From contig NIVC01002158.1 in the NCBI GenBank assembly GCA_002269645.1, forward strand, positions 62,001 through 126,000: 64,000 nucleotides of DNA, written 5' to 3'. The DNA comes from Macrostomum lignano. Lineage: Eukaryota. Below are positions 37,590 through 48,481 of the stretch, one piece after another. Positions within the stretch are counted from its first letter, which is position 1, and each line of letters begins with the position of its first letter. A program made the translations under genes and the position numbers. Under the pieces are notes generated by a model that was given only the letters and a program-made list of their open reading frames with translations, searched no databases and was not told the DNA's origin.

Positions 37590-38075
37590 CGCCGACCCCT
37601 CTGTCTTCCCACCCCAACACACCTAACCCGGTGTCTTCCCACCCCCAGAACACCTGACCCCCCTGTCTTCCCGCCCCCAGCACACCTGACCCCTCTGTCT
37701 TCCCACCCACAGCACACCTGACCCCCTGTCTTCCCACCCCCAGCACACCTGATCCCTCTGTCTTTCCGCCCCCAGCACACCGGATCCCTCTGTCTTCCCG
37801 CCCCCAGCACACCTGACCCCTCTGTCTTCCCACCCACAGCACACCTGACCCCTGTGTATTTCCACCCACAGCACACCTGACCCCTCTGTCTTTCCAACCC
37901 CAGCACACCTGACCCCGGTGTCTTCCTAACCCCAGCACACCTGACCCCCTGTCTTCCCACCCCAAGTACACCTGACCCGTCTGTCTTCCCACTCCAGTAC
38001 ACCTGACTCCTCTATCTTCCTACCCCCAGCACACCTGACCCCCTGTCTTCCCACCCACAGCACACCTGACCCCAC
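37590..38075. repeat. ~31-33-bp minisatellite CAGCACACCTGACCCCTCTGTCTTCCCACCC(C)
   Basis: Direct inspection. Confidence 0.9.
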
Positions 38076-38671
38076 CACCCAGCTCCTCGGGACCCTTACC
38101 GCAACTATGTTGGTCATGCCTTCAAACACTTATTTAAAGGATTGAGGACTAATAATATTTATTTTTTTTGTTTACAAATTTCCTCATTGTTACCTTAGCC
38201 AGCTGTAGCCGTGACTATTGATATGCATATAATCAATTCCTGACTCTGCGCTACCAATGCTTCAAGTCATGAACGCTTCAGTGGCTTTTGAGACAAAAAA
38301 AGAACTTAAGAGCGGATTAACAAAAACTTCTTTCTTTGAAAACTAATTACCCGTAGCTGTAAAATTCGTTTCGTTAGCATTATTCCGTTAAGCATAATTT
38401 CAGTTTATTTCTATAAAATTCATGTCCTTCCTTATTAATGTAGTTTGCAACCAGTGTGTCTTTGATTCCGTAATTATTAATCCAATACGAACAGCTGTTT
38501 TTATGCTCAGCACAGAACTCTGCGCTCTGTTTCTTTATTGCAGCGAAAGGGCAAAGTTCAGACAGCTCAGTGAGCTGCCAGCCATGCGTTTAAAATTGCT
38601 TGGTAAATTCTTCTGACTTATGTCTGACTAGCAGGTCTTTGCTGTTTGCGCTGGCGATTTCTGACATTAAA

Positions 38672-39316
38672 GGTGGCGCCCTTTCTGACTCCTATGAGGC
38701 GGCGCCCTTTCTGACTCCTATGAGGTGGCGCCCTTTCTGACTCCTATGAGGCGGCGCCCTTTCTGACTCCTATGAGGTGGCGCCCTTTCTGACTCCTATG
38801 AGGCGGCGCCCTTTCTGACTCCTATGAGGTGGCGCCCATTCTGACTCCTATGAGGTGGCGCCCTTTCTGACTCCTATGAGGTGGCGCCCTTTCTGACTCC
38901 TATGAGGTGGCGCCCTTTCTGACTCCTATGAGGTGGCGCCCTTTCTGACTCCTATGAGGTGGCGCCCTTTCTGACTCCTATGAGGTGGCGCCCTTTCTGA
39001 CTCCTATGAGGTGGCGCCCTTTCTGACTCCTATGAGGTGGCGCCCATTCTGACTCCTATGAGGTGGCGCCCTTTCTGACTCCTATGAGGTGGCGCCCTTT
39101 TTAACTCCTATGATGTAGCGCCCTTTCTGATTCCTATGAGGTGGCGCCCTTTCTGACTCCTATGAGGTGGCTCCCTTTCTGACTCCTATGAGGCGGCGCC
39201 CTTTCTGACTCCTATGAGGTGGCGCCCTTTCTGACTCCTATGAGGTGGCTCCCTTTCTGACTCCTATGAGGTGGCGTCCTTTCTGACTCCTAAAAAGTGG
39301 CGCCCTCTCTGACTCT
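38672..39316. repeat. 26-bp homogeneous minisatellite GTGGCGCCCTTTCTGACTCCTATGAG
   Basis: Period 26 (38881 to 38907). Confidence 0.96.
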
Positions 39317-39799
39317 TAAGAACAGCTTCCAGCTGTTCCAGCCTCACGAGCACGATATTTAAACAGTATTTTCTTGTGAAGCAATAAATCATTTACATCA
39401 ATCATCGTTCACCCTACCGTAGCATACCCACCATGGAGCTATCAATTAATTACATAGCACGATATATTTAAATCACAAAGCAGTTCTCAATGCACTTTTG
39501 GAACTCAATTCGTAGTATCTAATATCCGAGTTTCACTAGGATGAACCGGCCACGCCTATCTGTGAATAACACCGGATTTAGCTGAGTTGTACTCTCGGTG
39601 ATTGACTTTAACTAAACAAGGCGTGCTAAATAACTTGAGCACTGATCTCAGGAGGATTCATAATTCTAAGGCCACCCAGCTTTCAATCATCGTGCTACTT
39701 CTTTTTTGGACGTTTTTGTCTCTTAAAATACGATACAAAAAGCTGTGATCAAACAAAATTGCTAATGGATATTGACTTTGAGATGGAAAAGCTGTTTGC

Positions 39800-40360
39800 T
39801 CAAAGTGAGTGAGCTTATGAGCTATTTAATGATTCTTTTTATGAGTGAGTTCATGATTGAGGTTATGAGTCAGTTCATGAGTGAGTTCATAAGTGGGTTC
39901 ATGAGTGAGTTTATGAGTGGGTTCATGATTAAGTTCATTATTGAGTTTATGAGGGAAGTTCATGAGAGAGTTCATGATTGGGTTCATGAGTGAGTTTATG
40001 AGTGGGTTCATGATTGAGTTCATGAGTGAGTTTATGAGTGGGTTCATGATTGAGTTCATTATTGAGTTTATGAGGGAAGTTCATGAGAGAGTTCATGATT
40101 GAGGTTATGAGTGAGTTCATGACTGGGTTTATGATTGAGTTTATGAGTGAGTTCATGACTGGGTTTATGATTGAGCTCATGATTGAGTTCATGATTGAGT
40201 TTATTATTGAGTTTATGAGGGAAGCTCATGAGAGAGTTCATGATTGAGTTCATGAGTGAGTTCATGAGTGAGGTCATGATTGAGGCCATGATTGAGGTCA
40301 TGATTGAATTCTTTATTTAATTCTTGAGCTTTTGAGTGAGTTAATAAATGAGCTCTCAAG
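39800..40360. repeat. Degenerate copy of the GAGTTCATGAGT/GATT 12-bp satellite family
   Basis: Same motif and orientation as 1979-2382. Confidence 0.88.
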
Positions 40361-40560
40361 TGAGTAATTTGTCTGAAATCACTTTCCAACTTAATAATTA
40401 AAACGTATGATTTGTTTAATTAAATTTACACTTCCTACTCCAGTGCGTTCGTCACAAGCATACATAAAGCAAATATTTTACGTCAATAAATCAGCAATTA
40501 ACTGAGATACAAACAAATTTAAGAGAAAAATTGATATCTGCTCGTAAACTGAAATTGCAG

Positions 40561-40647
40561 CCAACCGACACGGAGGCCGCTGGGCGGAGGCCGACACCTG
40601 ACAAGGCGGCTGGGCTACATCGGGACTCGAACAGGGAACCAGCCCAG
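40561..40647 (+). CDS. MPDZ: Candidate cassette exon (29 aa, PTDTEAAGRRPTPDKAAGLHRDSNREPAQ)
   Basis: attgcag| acceptor and strong CAG|GTGAGT donor. Phase 0-0, stop-free, GC-rich island in an AT-rich intron. Confidence 0.5.
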
Positions 40648-41895
40648 GTGAGTGAGCCTCGATGGTTAGCCAATGAAGTGTTTTTGATTTCCCATTTTTC
40701 CCAAAATAGCCCGGGCTTGCTATTTAAAGGGCAGCATTGCTGAGAAATCGTTCGCTTCTCGTGTTAAGAGCTCAAAAAAATTGATTGGTGCTTCGGGATG
40801 ACTGACTGTGTTGGCGAACATCGCAATGCATCTGCAGTAAGTTCGGCCTTCAAATGTTTTTCTTTATTAGAAACGACTGCTTTCCCGATCTGCTCTCAAG
40901 TGAAACTGTTATGGGTCTTGGAAGACACTTACAAAAATATATTGGTATTTTGAGTAAACCCAAAAGACAGACGACTGTCCCTCAAATTTCGACTAATTTG
41001 GTGGACATGTTGTTTCCAGCTGCCCTCGAGAAAATTATGAGAGATGGACATTCTTAGCACCCTAGTGGACATTGTTACTACCATGGTTAATAAATTTGAG
41101 AAACTCCTATAAATTTTCACTTTTATGTCAATTTTCCTTTCGTGATAGACAATTTTAACTCCTGGTGCATATTTTTGACTCCATGTTGACACTTTTTACT
41201 CTAGTGGACATTTTCACGCCTGAAGGAGAATTTTAATTTCGGGTGGACATTTTCTATTCCTAATAGACATTTTTCAAGGGACATTTTTCACTCCTAAAGG
41301 GCATTTTTTACACGTTTAGCCACTTCTACTTGTCTATGAATGTTTCTAAGATATCAATTAAAAAAGGAGAAAAATGCGCTCATGTGACTACTGATTACAG
41401 TTCAAATAAGTAACGTAGAAATGCTTCAAATCAAATTATTCATCAGTAGCAAATCAAATCTAAAATAAAATCTAAATCTCAGGGGCAAATCAGAATTTCT
41501 CTGGCCCGGGTCCAGCGAAGCGAATAATTAACAGGGCTCCAAGGAGGTGGGGTGAATAGAAAATCCCACGATTGGAGAATTTCGATAGGAAATGTGCTGA
41601 TTAAATTTTTATTATCCCACACGGGCAGTCAAAGAGGCGGCCTGAAGGCTACAAAAGGAAATAAAAAATAGAAATCATGGCTGAGAAAACCCTGTTGAGA
41701 ACAGGGAAACAGGATGTGAGGCCCAGAATTTTAACAGAACTTTTCTTGTAGCCGAAATTGGGCTGATTAAATTTGGCAGTTTCTAATCATGCGTTCAGGT
41801 TAACTCATGCCCTACTTTCACGCTGGTGAGCACTTTTACTGAAGTTCAATACTCACAAGGCCAAGGATTTGTTGCGTTAGGGTTTTAGGGTCGAG

Positions 41896-42845
41896 ACTTC
41901 AGTACTTGACATCAGAGTCTTTAGTACTTGACATCAGAGACTTCAGTACTTGACATCAGAGTCTTTAGTACTTGACATCAGAGACTTCAGTACTTGACAT
42001 CAGAGACTTCAGTACTTGACATCAGAGACTTCAGTACTTCACATCAGAGACTTCAGTACTTGACATCAGAGACTTCAGTACTTCACATCAGAGACTTCAG
42101 TACTTGACATCAGAGACTTCAGTACTTGACATCAGAGGCTTCAGTACTTGACATCAGAGACTTCAGTACTTGACATCAGAGACTTCAGTACTTGACATCA
42201 GAGACTTCAGTACTTGACATCAGAGACTTCAGTACTTGACATCAGAGACTTCAGTACTTGACATCAAAGACTTCAGTACTTGACATCAGAGACTTCAGTA
42301 CTTGACATCAGAGTCTTTAGTACTTGACATCAGAGACTTCAGTACTTGACATCAGAGACTTCAGTACTTGACATCAGAGACTTCAGTACTTGACATCAGA
42401 GACTTCAGTACTTGACATCAGAGGCTTCAGTACTTGACATCAGAGACTTCAGTACTTGACATCAGAGACTTCAGTACTTGACATCAGAGACTTCAGTACT
42501 TGACATCAGAGACTTCAGTACTTGACATCAGAGACTTCAGTACTTGACATCAAAGACTTCAGTACTTGACATCAGAGACTTCAGTACTTGACATCAGAGT
42601 CTTTAGTACTTGACATCAGAGACTTCAGTACTTGACATCAGAGACTTCAGTACTTGACATCAGAGACTTCAGTACTTGACATCAGAGACTTCAGTACTTG
42701 ACATCAGAGGCTTCAGTACTTGACATCAGAGACTTCAGTACTTGACATCAGAGACTTCAGTACTTGACATCAGAGACTTCAGTACTTGACATCAGAGACT
42801 TCAGTACTTGACATCAGAGACTTCAGTACTTGACATCAGAGACAT
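41896..42845. repeat. 22-bp minisatellite (AGTACTTGACATCAGAGACTTC)n, about 43 copies
   Basis: Period 22 (42121 to 42143). Confidence 0.97.
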
Positions 42846-43181
42846 CAAAAGTTCTTTCAACTTTCGCACGCTGCAAATTTTGAAAGTATTAGACTCAAAG
42901 CCTGTTTATAAGGCGTCGCTTAAAACTCATTGGCTCACGCCTCGTGTTTCAAAACCAGCAAAGTGCATTGGGGCGGGGAATTCGTAACTGGAAGGGTTGC
43001 TGAGCGAGAGAGAGAGTTCTGGCCATTCACTCCTCACCCCATCCTCTAAAATTCCAAACCCCAAGCCCACTCTCTTGGGGGCTAAGAGACTCAACTGGGG
43101 CGGTGGGTGCTTTTAAGACCTCTTCCGCAGCAGTGCTTTTGATTGCCGAAGCTCTACTTCCAAGCCGAATCTCGGCCTGCC

Positions 43182-43262
43182 ATGTCGACTGCAACAGCAT
43201 CGTCCTGCTGCCTGACTGACGCTTTGCGGAGACTGGTCTATGGCGACCAGCGGGATAAGCAG
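43182..43262 (+). CDS. MPDZ: Candidate alternative first exon MSTATASSCCLTDALRRLVYGDQRDKQ
   Basis: gccATGt with in-frame TGA upstream (43140). CAG|GTGTTT donor is phase 0, compatible with the acceptor at 43969. The donor is weak. Confidence 0.4.
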
Positions 43263-43306
43263 GTGTTTGGAGTGCTGAGTTACTGAGTTACTGAGCTAGT
43301 TACTGA

Positions 43307-43752
43307 GCATGAGTGAGCTCATGAGAGTGTTTATGAGTGAGCTCTTAAGTGAGTTCGTGAGTGAGCTCTCGAGTGAGTTCATGAGTGAGCTCTTGAGTGA
43401 TTTCATGAGTAAGTTAATGGGTAAGTTCATGAGTGAGTTCATGAGTGAGTTCATGATTGAGTTCATGAGTTAGCTCATGAGTGACTTTATATGTGAGTTC
43501 ATGAGTGAGTTCATGAGTGAGTTCATGAGTTAGCTCATGAGTGACTTTATATGTGAGTTCATGAGTGAGTTCATGAGTGAGTTCATGAGTGAGCTCATCA
43601 GTGAGTTCATGAGTGACTTCATGAGTGAGTTCATGAGTGAGTTCATGAGTGATTTCATGAGTGAGTTCATGAGTTAGCTCATGAGTGACTTTATATGTGA
43701 GTTCATGAGTTAGCTCATGAGTGAGCTCTTGAGTGAGTTCATGAGTGAGCTC
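43307..43752. repeat. Third array of the GAGTTCATGAGT 12-bp family
   Basis: Direct inspection. Confidence 0.92.
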
Positions 43753-43968
43753 CGGAATTTAATTCGTGAGTGAAGTATTAGTAAGGGAAGATAGTGACTT
43801 TTCAGCAATGAAAGCATTTTTGTTTCTTTCGTTCACTTTAAACAAACTGAAGCCCCTGACGCTGCTAGCGGAAACATGATGGAATTATTTCTGCTTCTAG
43901 CTCGTACAGTGCCCGAGCTGAAGCCAAACCAAATCTGAATCAATTTCGCAATTTTTTTTCTGCTCCAG

Positions 43969-44239
43969 CCGAGCCAGCAGAGCAGCAGAAACTCACAACA
44001 GCCAGACGGAACTGAGCAACCTCAGCAGCAGCAGCCGCAACCGCAGTCGCCTCCGCAGTCTGAAGCAGCTGGCGCAGCTGATGAGGCGGCAACCATCGAC
44101 TCCAACAGCAGACAGTCAGTCACTGGCGGCGTCACTGCTGCCCCTGACCCGGGAAACGAGGCCGACAATGACGACGAGGAGGATGAATATGATGACGATG
44201 AAGAAGACAGCGACGAGGGAGTAGAGGAGTCTGCGGCTA
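43969..44239 (+). CDS. MPDZ: Exon 16: Gln-rich then acidic (D/E) linker
   Basis: ttttttttctgctccag| acceptor (phase 0), GCTA|GTGAGT donor (phase 1). PSQQSSRNSQQ...DDEEDEYDDDEEDSDEGVEESAA. Confidence 0.85.
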
Positions 44240-44380
44240 GTGAGTTGCAGAACTGCTGAGGTTCTTGTGAATTGTGGTGTAATAAACCAGTCTCTGCGAT
44301 CGTCATCCTTCAAGACTTTATAAAAATCATTTAAGTCTTAACTGCCATGGAACTTTCCCAGAGATAACCATTCTTAATCG

Positions 44381-44750
44381 AAGACTCAATCTTCACTGGA
44401 GACTCTCAATCTTCACCGAAGACTCTCAATCTTCACTGAAGACTCTCAATCTTCACCGAAGACTCTCAATCTTCACTGGAGACTCCCAATCTCCACCGAA
44501 GACTCTCAATCTTCACTGAAGACTCTCAATCTTCACTGAAGACTCTCAATCTTCACTGGAAACTCCCAATCTTCACCGAAGACTCTCAACCTTCTCTGAA
44601 GACTCTCAATCTTCATCGAAGACTCTCAATCTTCACCGAAGGCTCTCGATCCTTCACTAAAGGCTCTCAATCTTTACTGGAGACTCTCAATTCTCACCGA
44701 AGACTCTCAATCCTTCACTGGAGACTCTCAATCTTATCTGAGAACTCTCA
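44381..44750. repeat. 20-bp minisatellite (GACTCTCAATCTTCAC[C/T]GAA)n
   Basis: Period 20 (44401 to 44421). Confidence 0.92.
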
Positions 44751-45906
44751 AAGTATAGATTATGGACTCACAATATTTACTAGAGATTCTGAATCCACTC
44801 GAGAGACTGCCTGTCTCTATAAAAGAACCATAAGTTCTCTTATCTATTAGTACGTGCAACAATCAGAATTAATCTTTAGTACGATCGTCTTCCAATAGGA
44901 TCCCGTTGCCTCAGACTCCGCTTTTATCCCGTCCTGAGTGCTCTATTTTTAGAAACACCCTAAAAACCCTCCAGCATGCGGCTGGGTTTATAAAAATTAG
45001 ATTTTGGAGGCTTCAGATGCTGCCTGCATTTAAAATAACCCGATCAGAATAAATGGAGAGATGACGTCGAAAGGCCTGCAAGGGCGGGACTGCATGGAGG
45101 GAGCGGCAGGCCACGCCCAGATTTCCTGGAGAAAATGGAGAGCAGAGACGGCCAAACGGATGAGGGAAGAAGAGTAGAGACAGGTCGGCAGACGGAGAGT
45201 TTATTGAGCAGTTGGGGCTAGCGAACTTGGGGAATATTTTATTAAACAAAATCCTTTGCTTTCCCTTTGAGAAGCAACGCGTGCTTCGCTGTATCGATTG
45301 CAGCTCGCTCTAGAGGAAGGCTCTTCAAAGCGATAAGATTCAGCAAACCCTAAAGTTATCAGATCGTTAAAGTGACCCGTTGAAAATTTGTGCTTCTCTA
45401 TTGTAAACTTTCAGTCTCTATAGTCTGCTCTGCAATCATACTGAATTAGCATGTCTTTAAGCCGTATCGTTCAGATCTATACATTATTGTCCTCGTGTTT
45501 CTATAGTCGCGTCTGCCCAGCCCGAACCTGATCGGACACGTACACGTTCGGAATGAAGGGGATTCAAAGGAACTTTATTGCCAGTTCTCAGTAAAATTCT
45601 GGCCAGGCAGTTGGTTGCCAGCGAGACCCCCTCCTGGACAGTTCAGGAGACCCCGCCCAAATCAAAAAGAGACTGCCTACCCCGATTTCATCTCTCGCTT
45701 ATAGATTTCCCGTCCAATAACTGGAGGCTTAAAAAAATCCCTAATTCAAACGATCGATGAGATTTTTTACCTGCCTTCCTGTCTAATGATGAAATAGCAA
45801 GTCAGGCTTTTAGATTTTTAGCATAAATTCTGACTCAAAAATGTTAGGATTTGAACTGCGGTCTTGAACTAGAAGCAGAAGTTGCTTTCTCTGGGCTTGA
45901 AATAGA

Positions 45907-45925
45907 ATGCGGCACAAGCATCTTG
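45907..45925 (+). CDS. MPDZ: Candidate alternative first coding micro-exon MRHKHL(E), splicing to the PDZ8 exon
   Basis: agaATG with in-frame TGA at 45898. Perfect G|GTAAGT donor at 45925/45926 in phase 1, which is the phase of the acceptor at 46085. Confidence 0.5.
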
Positions 45926-46084
45926 GTAAGTTTGAATCGGCGCCACATTCGATTAAAAATAATAATTTAAATTGTGAAGTCGATATTGATTAATAGCAAT
46001 TATTGAACATTTGTTTTCGTAATGTCTTATCGATATAAATAAAGACTCTTTGCACCATGATGTCCTCTTTTTCCCTCTCTGTAG

Positions 46085-46284
46085 AGCGCCTCGCCAAGAA
46101 GTACACTGACGCTAATGGCGACATCCTTGTGCTAAATATCGACAAGCGCGGTCAAAAGTCGTTAGGCCTCTCGCTAGCTGGCAACCGGGACCCTTCAGTG
46201 ATGTCCGTGTTTGTCTGCGGCCTCATTCCCGATGGAGCCGCGGTCGAGGATGGCCGGCTGAAAATTGGCGACGAGTTGCTTGAG
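46085..46284 (+). CDS. MPDZ: Exon 17: N-terminal part of PDZ8
   Basis: Long pyrimidine tract plus gtag| (phase 1), GAG|GTACGG donor. KKYTDANGDILVLNIDKRGQKSLGLSLAGNRDPSVMSVFVCGLIPDGAAVEDGRLKIGDELLE matches MPDZ PDZ8 (GLGLSLAGNKDRSRMSVFIVG). Confidence 0.97.
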
Positions 46285-46377
46285 GTACGGTGCTTGAAGA
46301 CCGACGGCTGACGGTATGCTTACAATATTTTCGGAACTATCACTACGAAATTGATATTCTGAATTTCCGAAACGCAG

Positions 46378-46539
46378 GTGAACAACCAGGTACTGCTAGG
46401 CAAGTCTCACCTAAACGCCGCACCTCTGATAAACAGCTGCAAGACTAAGACAGTAAAACTGGTGGTAGTGAGGAGGCCTACAAACATTGACGATATGGCC
46501 GTGAAGCCAGTTAGCCCGCCAAAAAGTGTTCCTATTGAT
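46378..46539 (+). CDS. MPDZ: Exon 18: C-terminal part of PDZ8 (not in the ORF track)
   Basis: aacgcag| acceptor after a 93-nt intron, GAT|GTGAGT donor, phase 0-0. VNNQVLLGKSHLNAAPLINSCKTKTVKLVVVRRPTNIDDMAVKP versus MPDZ INGQILYGRSHQNAS...IRNKDAVNQMAV. Confidence 0.95.
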
Positions 46540-46602
46540 GTGAGTCTACTCTAATGTCATTTTCGTTTGTTTGCAAGGTGGTAGAGTTCTTCATTTGGTT
46601 AT

Positions 46603-46657
46603 TCTTTCGTTCGTTCGTTCGTTCGCTTGTTCGTTGGTTCGTTCGTTCGTTCGTTCG
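46603..46657. repeat. Short (TTCG)n microsatellite
   Basis: Direct inspection. Confidence 0.85.
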
Positions 46658-46948
46658 ATCGTCTTATGTTCTTTTTGCGCTACTTGATAGTAGGCGATTC
46701 CGCATACCCGTGCAGCATATCGGTATATAGGTAGTGACGTTTTGACAAATGGGTACTTTACAGTAAATAGCGTAATCACATGGCGTAATGTACTCATAAA
46801 AAAGACCTATTTACCAGCGACGTACATCAACCTCGGGTACGTCAGCGGACGTCGAAATTTTGCACGGATTATATGCATGTACTCTACCTAAGACTTAGCA
46901 TTGGCAATCAAGCAAAAGTTCTGAAAGCCTATATACGATGTTTCTCAG

Positions 46949-47089
46949 TATAAACCGGCCGACTACAAACAGCCCGACGGCAAGCTATCCCCAGCTGAGT
47001 TGGAAGCGCTGGCAGTGCCTGGGGCCTCTAGCCCAGATGCTGCACCTGTTGGGCCCTACGGAGTGGAGCTGCAATGCATAATTCCGAAA
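46949..47089 (+). CDS. MPDZ: Exon 19: linker plus first strand of PDZ9 (not in the ORF track)
   Basis: tttctcag| acceptor, AAA|GTAAGC donor, phase 0-0. YKPADYKQ...YGVELQCIIPK supplies the betaA/Lys that precedes GKHGLGF. Confidence 0.88.
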
Positions 47090-47178
47090 GTAAGCTGAAC
47101 TGCATTACTCTACTGTTGAACTCAGTAATTATGGATAAAAATGGCTATAAAAATTCACTAGCTCGCTTGATCTCTCAG

Positions 47179-47808
47179 GGCAAGCACGGCCTTGGCTTTG
47201 CTATCATGGAACGCAGCCTGGAGGACGAGCTGGGAATTTACGTGAAGCACATCACTGACGGTGGCCCGGCATCCACCGAGGGAACCCTGCGTACCGGCGA
47301 CCGCATGATCCGAGCCAACGAGTTTGACTTGGCCGAGGCTTCATACGACGATGCGCTGGACAAGCTACGCTCCATGTCTGGCCGCGTGGCCATCACCGTG
47401 GCTAGAAAGACAGCAGTTGCAGGAGATAAGCAGCCGCAGCAGCAACAACAACAGCAGCCGCCGGTCCAGCAGCCCCCTGCCGCAGCTGCCAAGCCAAAGA
47501 AGGAAGTTCGCATCACCACGCCAGCTGAAGAGGCGGCGGCTGCAGCAGCGGCAGTGGCTGTCGTAGTTGCAGACAGCGACGACAAGAAAGCAAGCGAGCC
47601 TACTGCCACCGCTGTAGCGGATGGAAGCGCTGTGGCTGTGGTAGCAGCAGCGGCTAGCACGGAGGAGCCGCCCGAGGAAGACGACAGCGGAGACACGAAT
47701 CCGGCGACGAGGAAAATTCTGCGTGGTCGAGAGACGCTTATTGAACTAGACAAAGGCGATTCTGGCAGTCTTGGCGTTGGCATTGTTGGTGGCAGCGATA
47801 CTGGCTTG
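47179..47808 (+). CDS. MPDZ: Exon 20: PDZ9, Gln/Ala-rich linker and start of PDZ10
   Basis: tctctcag| acceptor, TTG|GTGAGC donor, phase 0-0. GKHGLGFAIMERS...GIYVKHITDGGPASTEGTLRTGDRMI..., then NPATRKILRGRETLIELDKGDSGSLGVGIVGGSDTGL (MPDZ PDZ10: [33 protein letters not shown]). Confidence 0.95.
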
Positions 47809-48172
47809 GTGAGCGTTAAATGAATTGTTAACAGGAATTCACTGGCACGTATAAAAGGTTCGACCCTGTAGCCTAATCGTTTTACGGAAGTCTGACCAGC
47901 GCTTTTGTCTATTCGCACTCTGGAAAATCAACTCTCCAAACGTTCCCATAGCGTTTTACCTTCGCAAAGTAATCAAAGGTAAAGACACCTTTTTTGGACG
48001 AGTTTGTAAAAGTATCTTGTCCCATATAGTGCGTCTCGGGTGTCAGTAGAACAAACTTGTTTGTCACAATAAATTTTGATAGCGACAGTGCTCTGTATAC
48101 TGTAAAACGTAAATAGTTAAATAGTTAACTAAATAAAGCCTGGCGAGCTGCGAATTCATGCATTTTTTCTAG

Positions 48173-48481
48173 AAATCGATCATCGTCCACGAGATCATGG
48201 ACTCAGGAGCGGCCAGTAAAGATGGTCGGCTTGCCGAGGGCGACCAGCTGATAAGTCTCGATGGCAAGGACTTGTCCGCGCTGACACACGAGGAGGCCAA
48301 GGCTGCCCTGCTGCAGGCGGACAAGCGACCCAAGCTTAAAGTGTTCCGCTCCGGCAAAGGCATCTCGGAGGCCCAGCTGTACGACATCGAAACCATCGAG
48401 CTGGCCAAGAAGCCGAGCCGCGGATTGGGCTTCAGCATCATCGGCCGATCTCGCGATCAGGGCGTTCTGGTTTCCGACATT
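48173..48481 (+). CDS. MPDZ: Exon 21: rest of PDZ10 and start of PDZ11
   Basis: ttttttctag| acceptor, ATT|GTGAGT donor, phase 0-0. IIVHEIMDSGAASKDGRLAEGDQL...THEEA...IELAKKPSRGLGFSIIGRSRDQGVLVSDI matches the MPDZ PDZ10-11 tandem ([29 protein letters not shown]). Confidence 0.97.
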
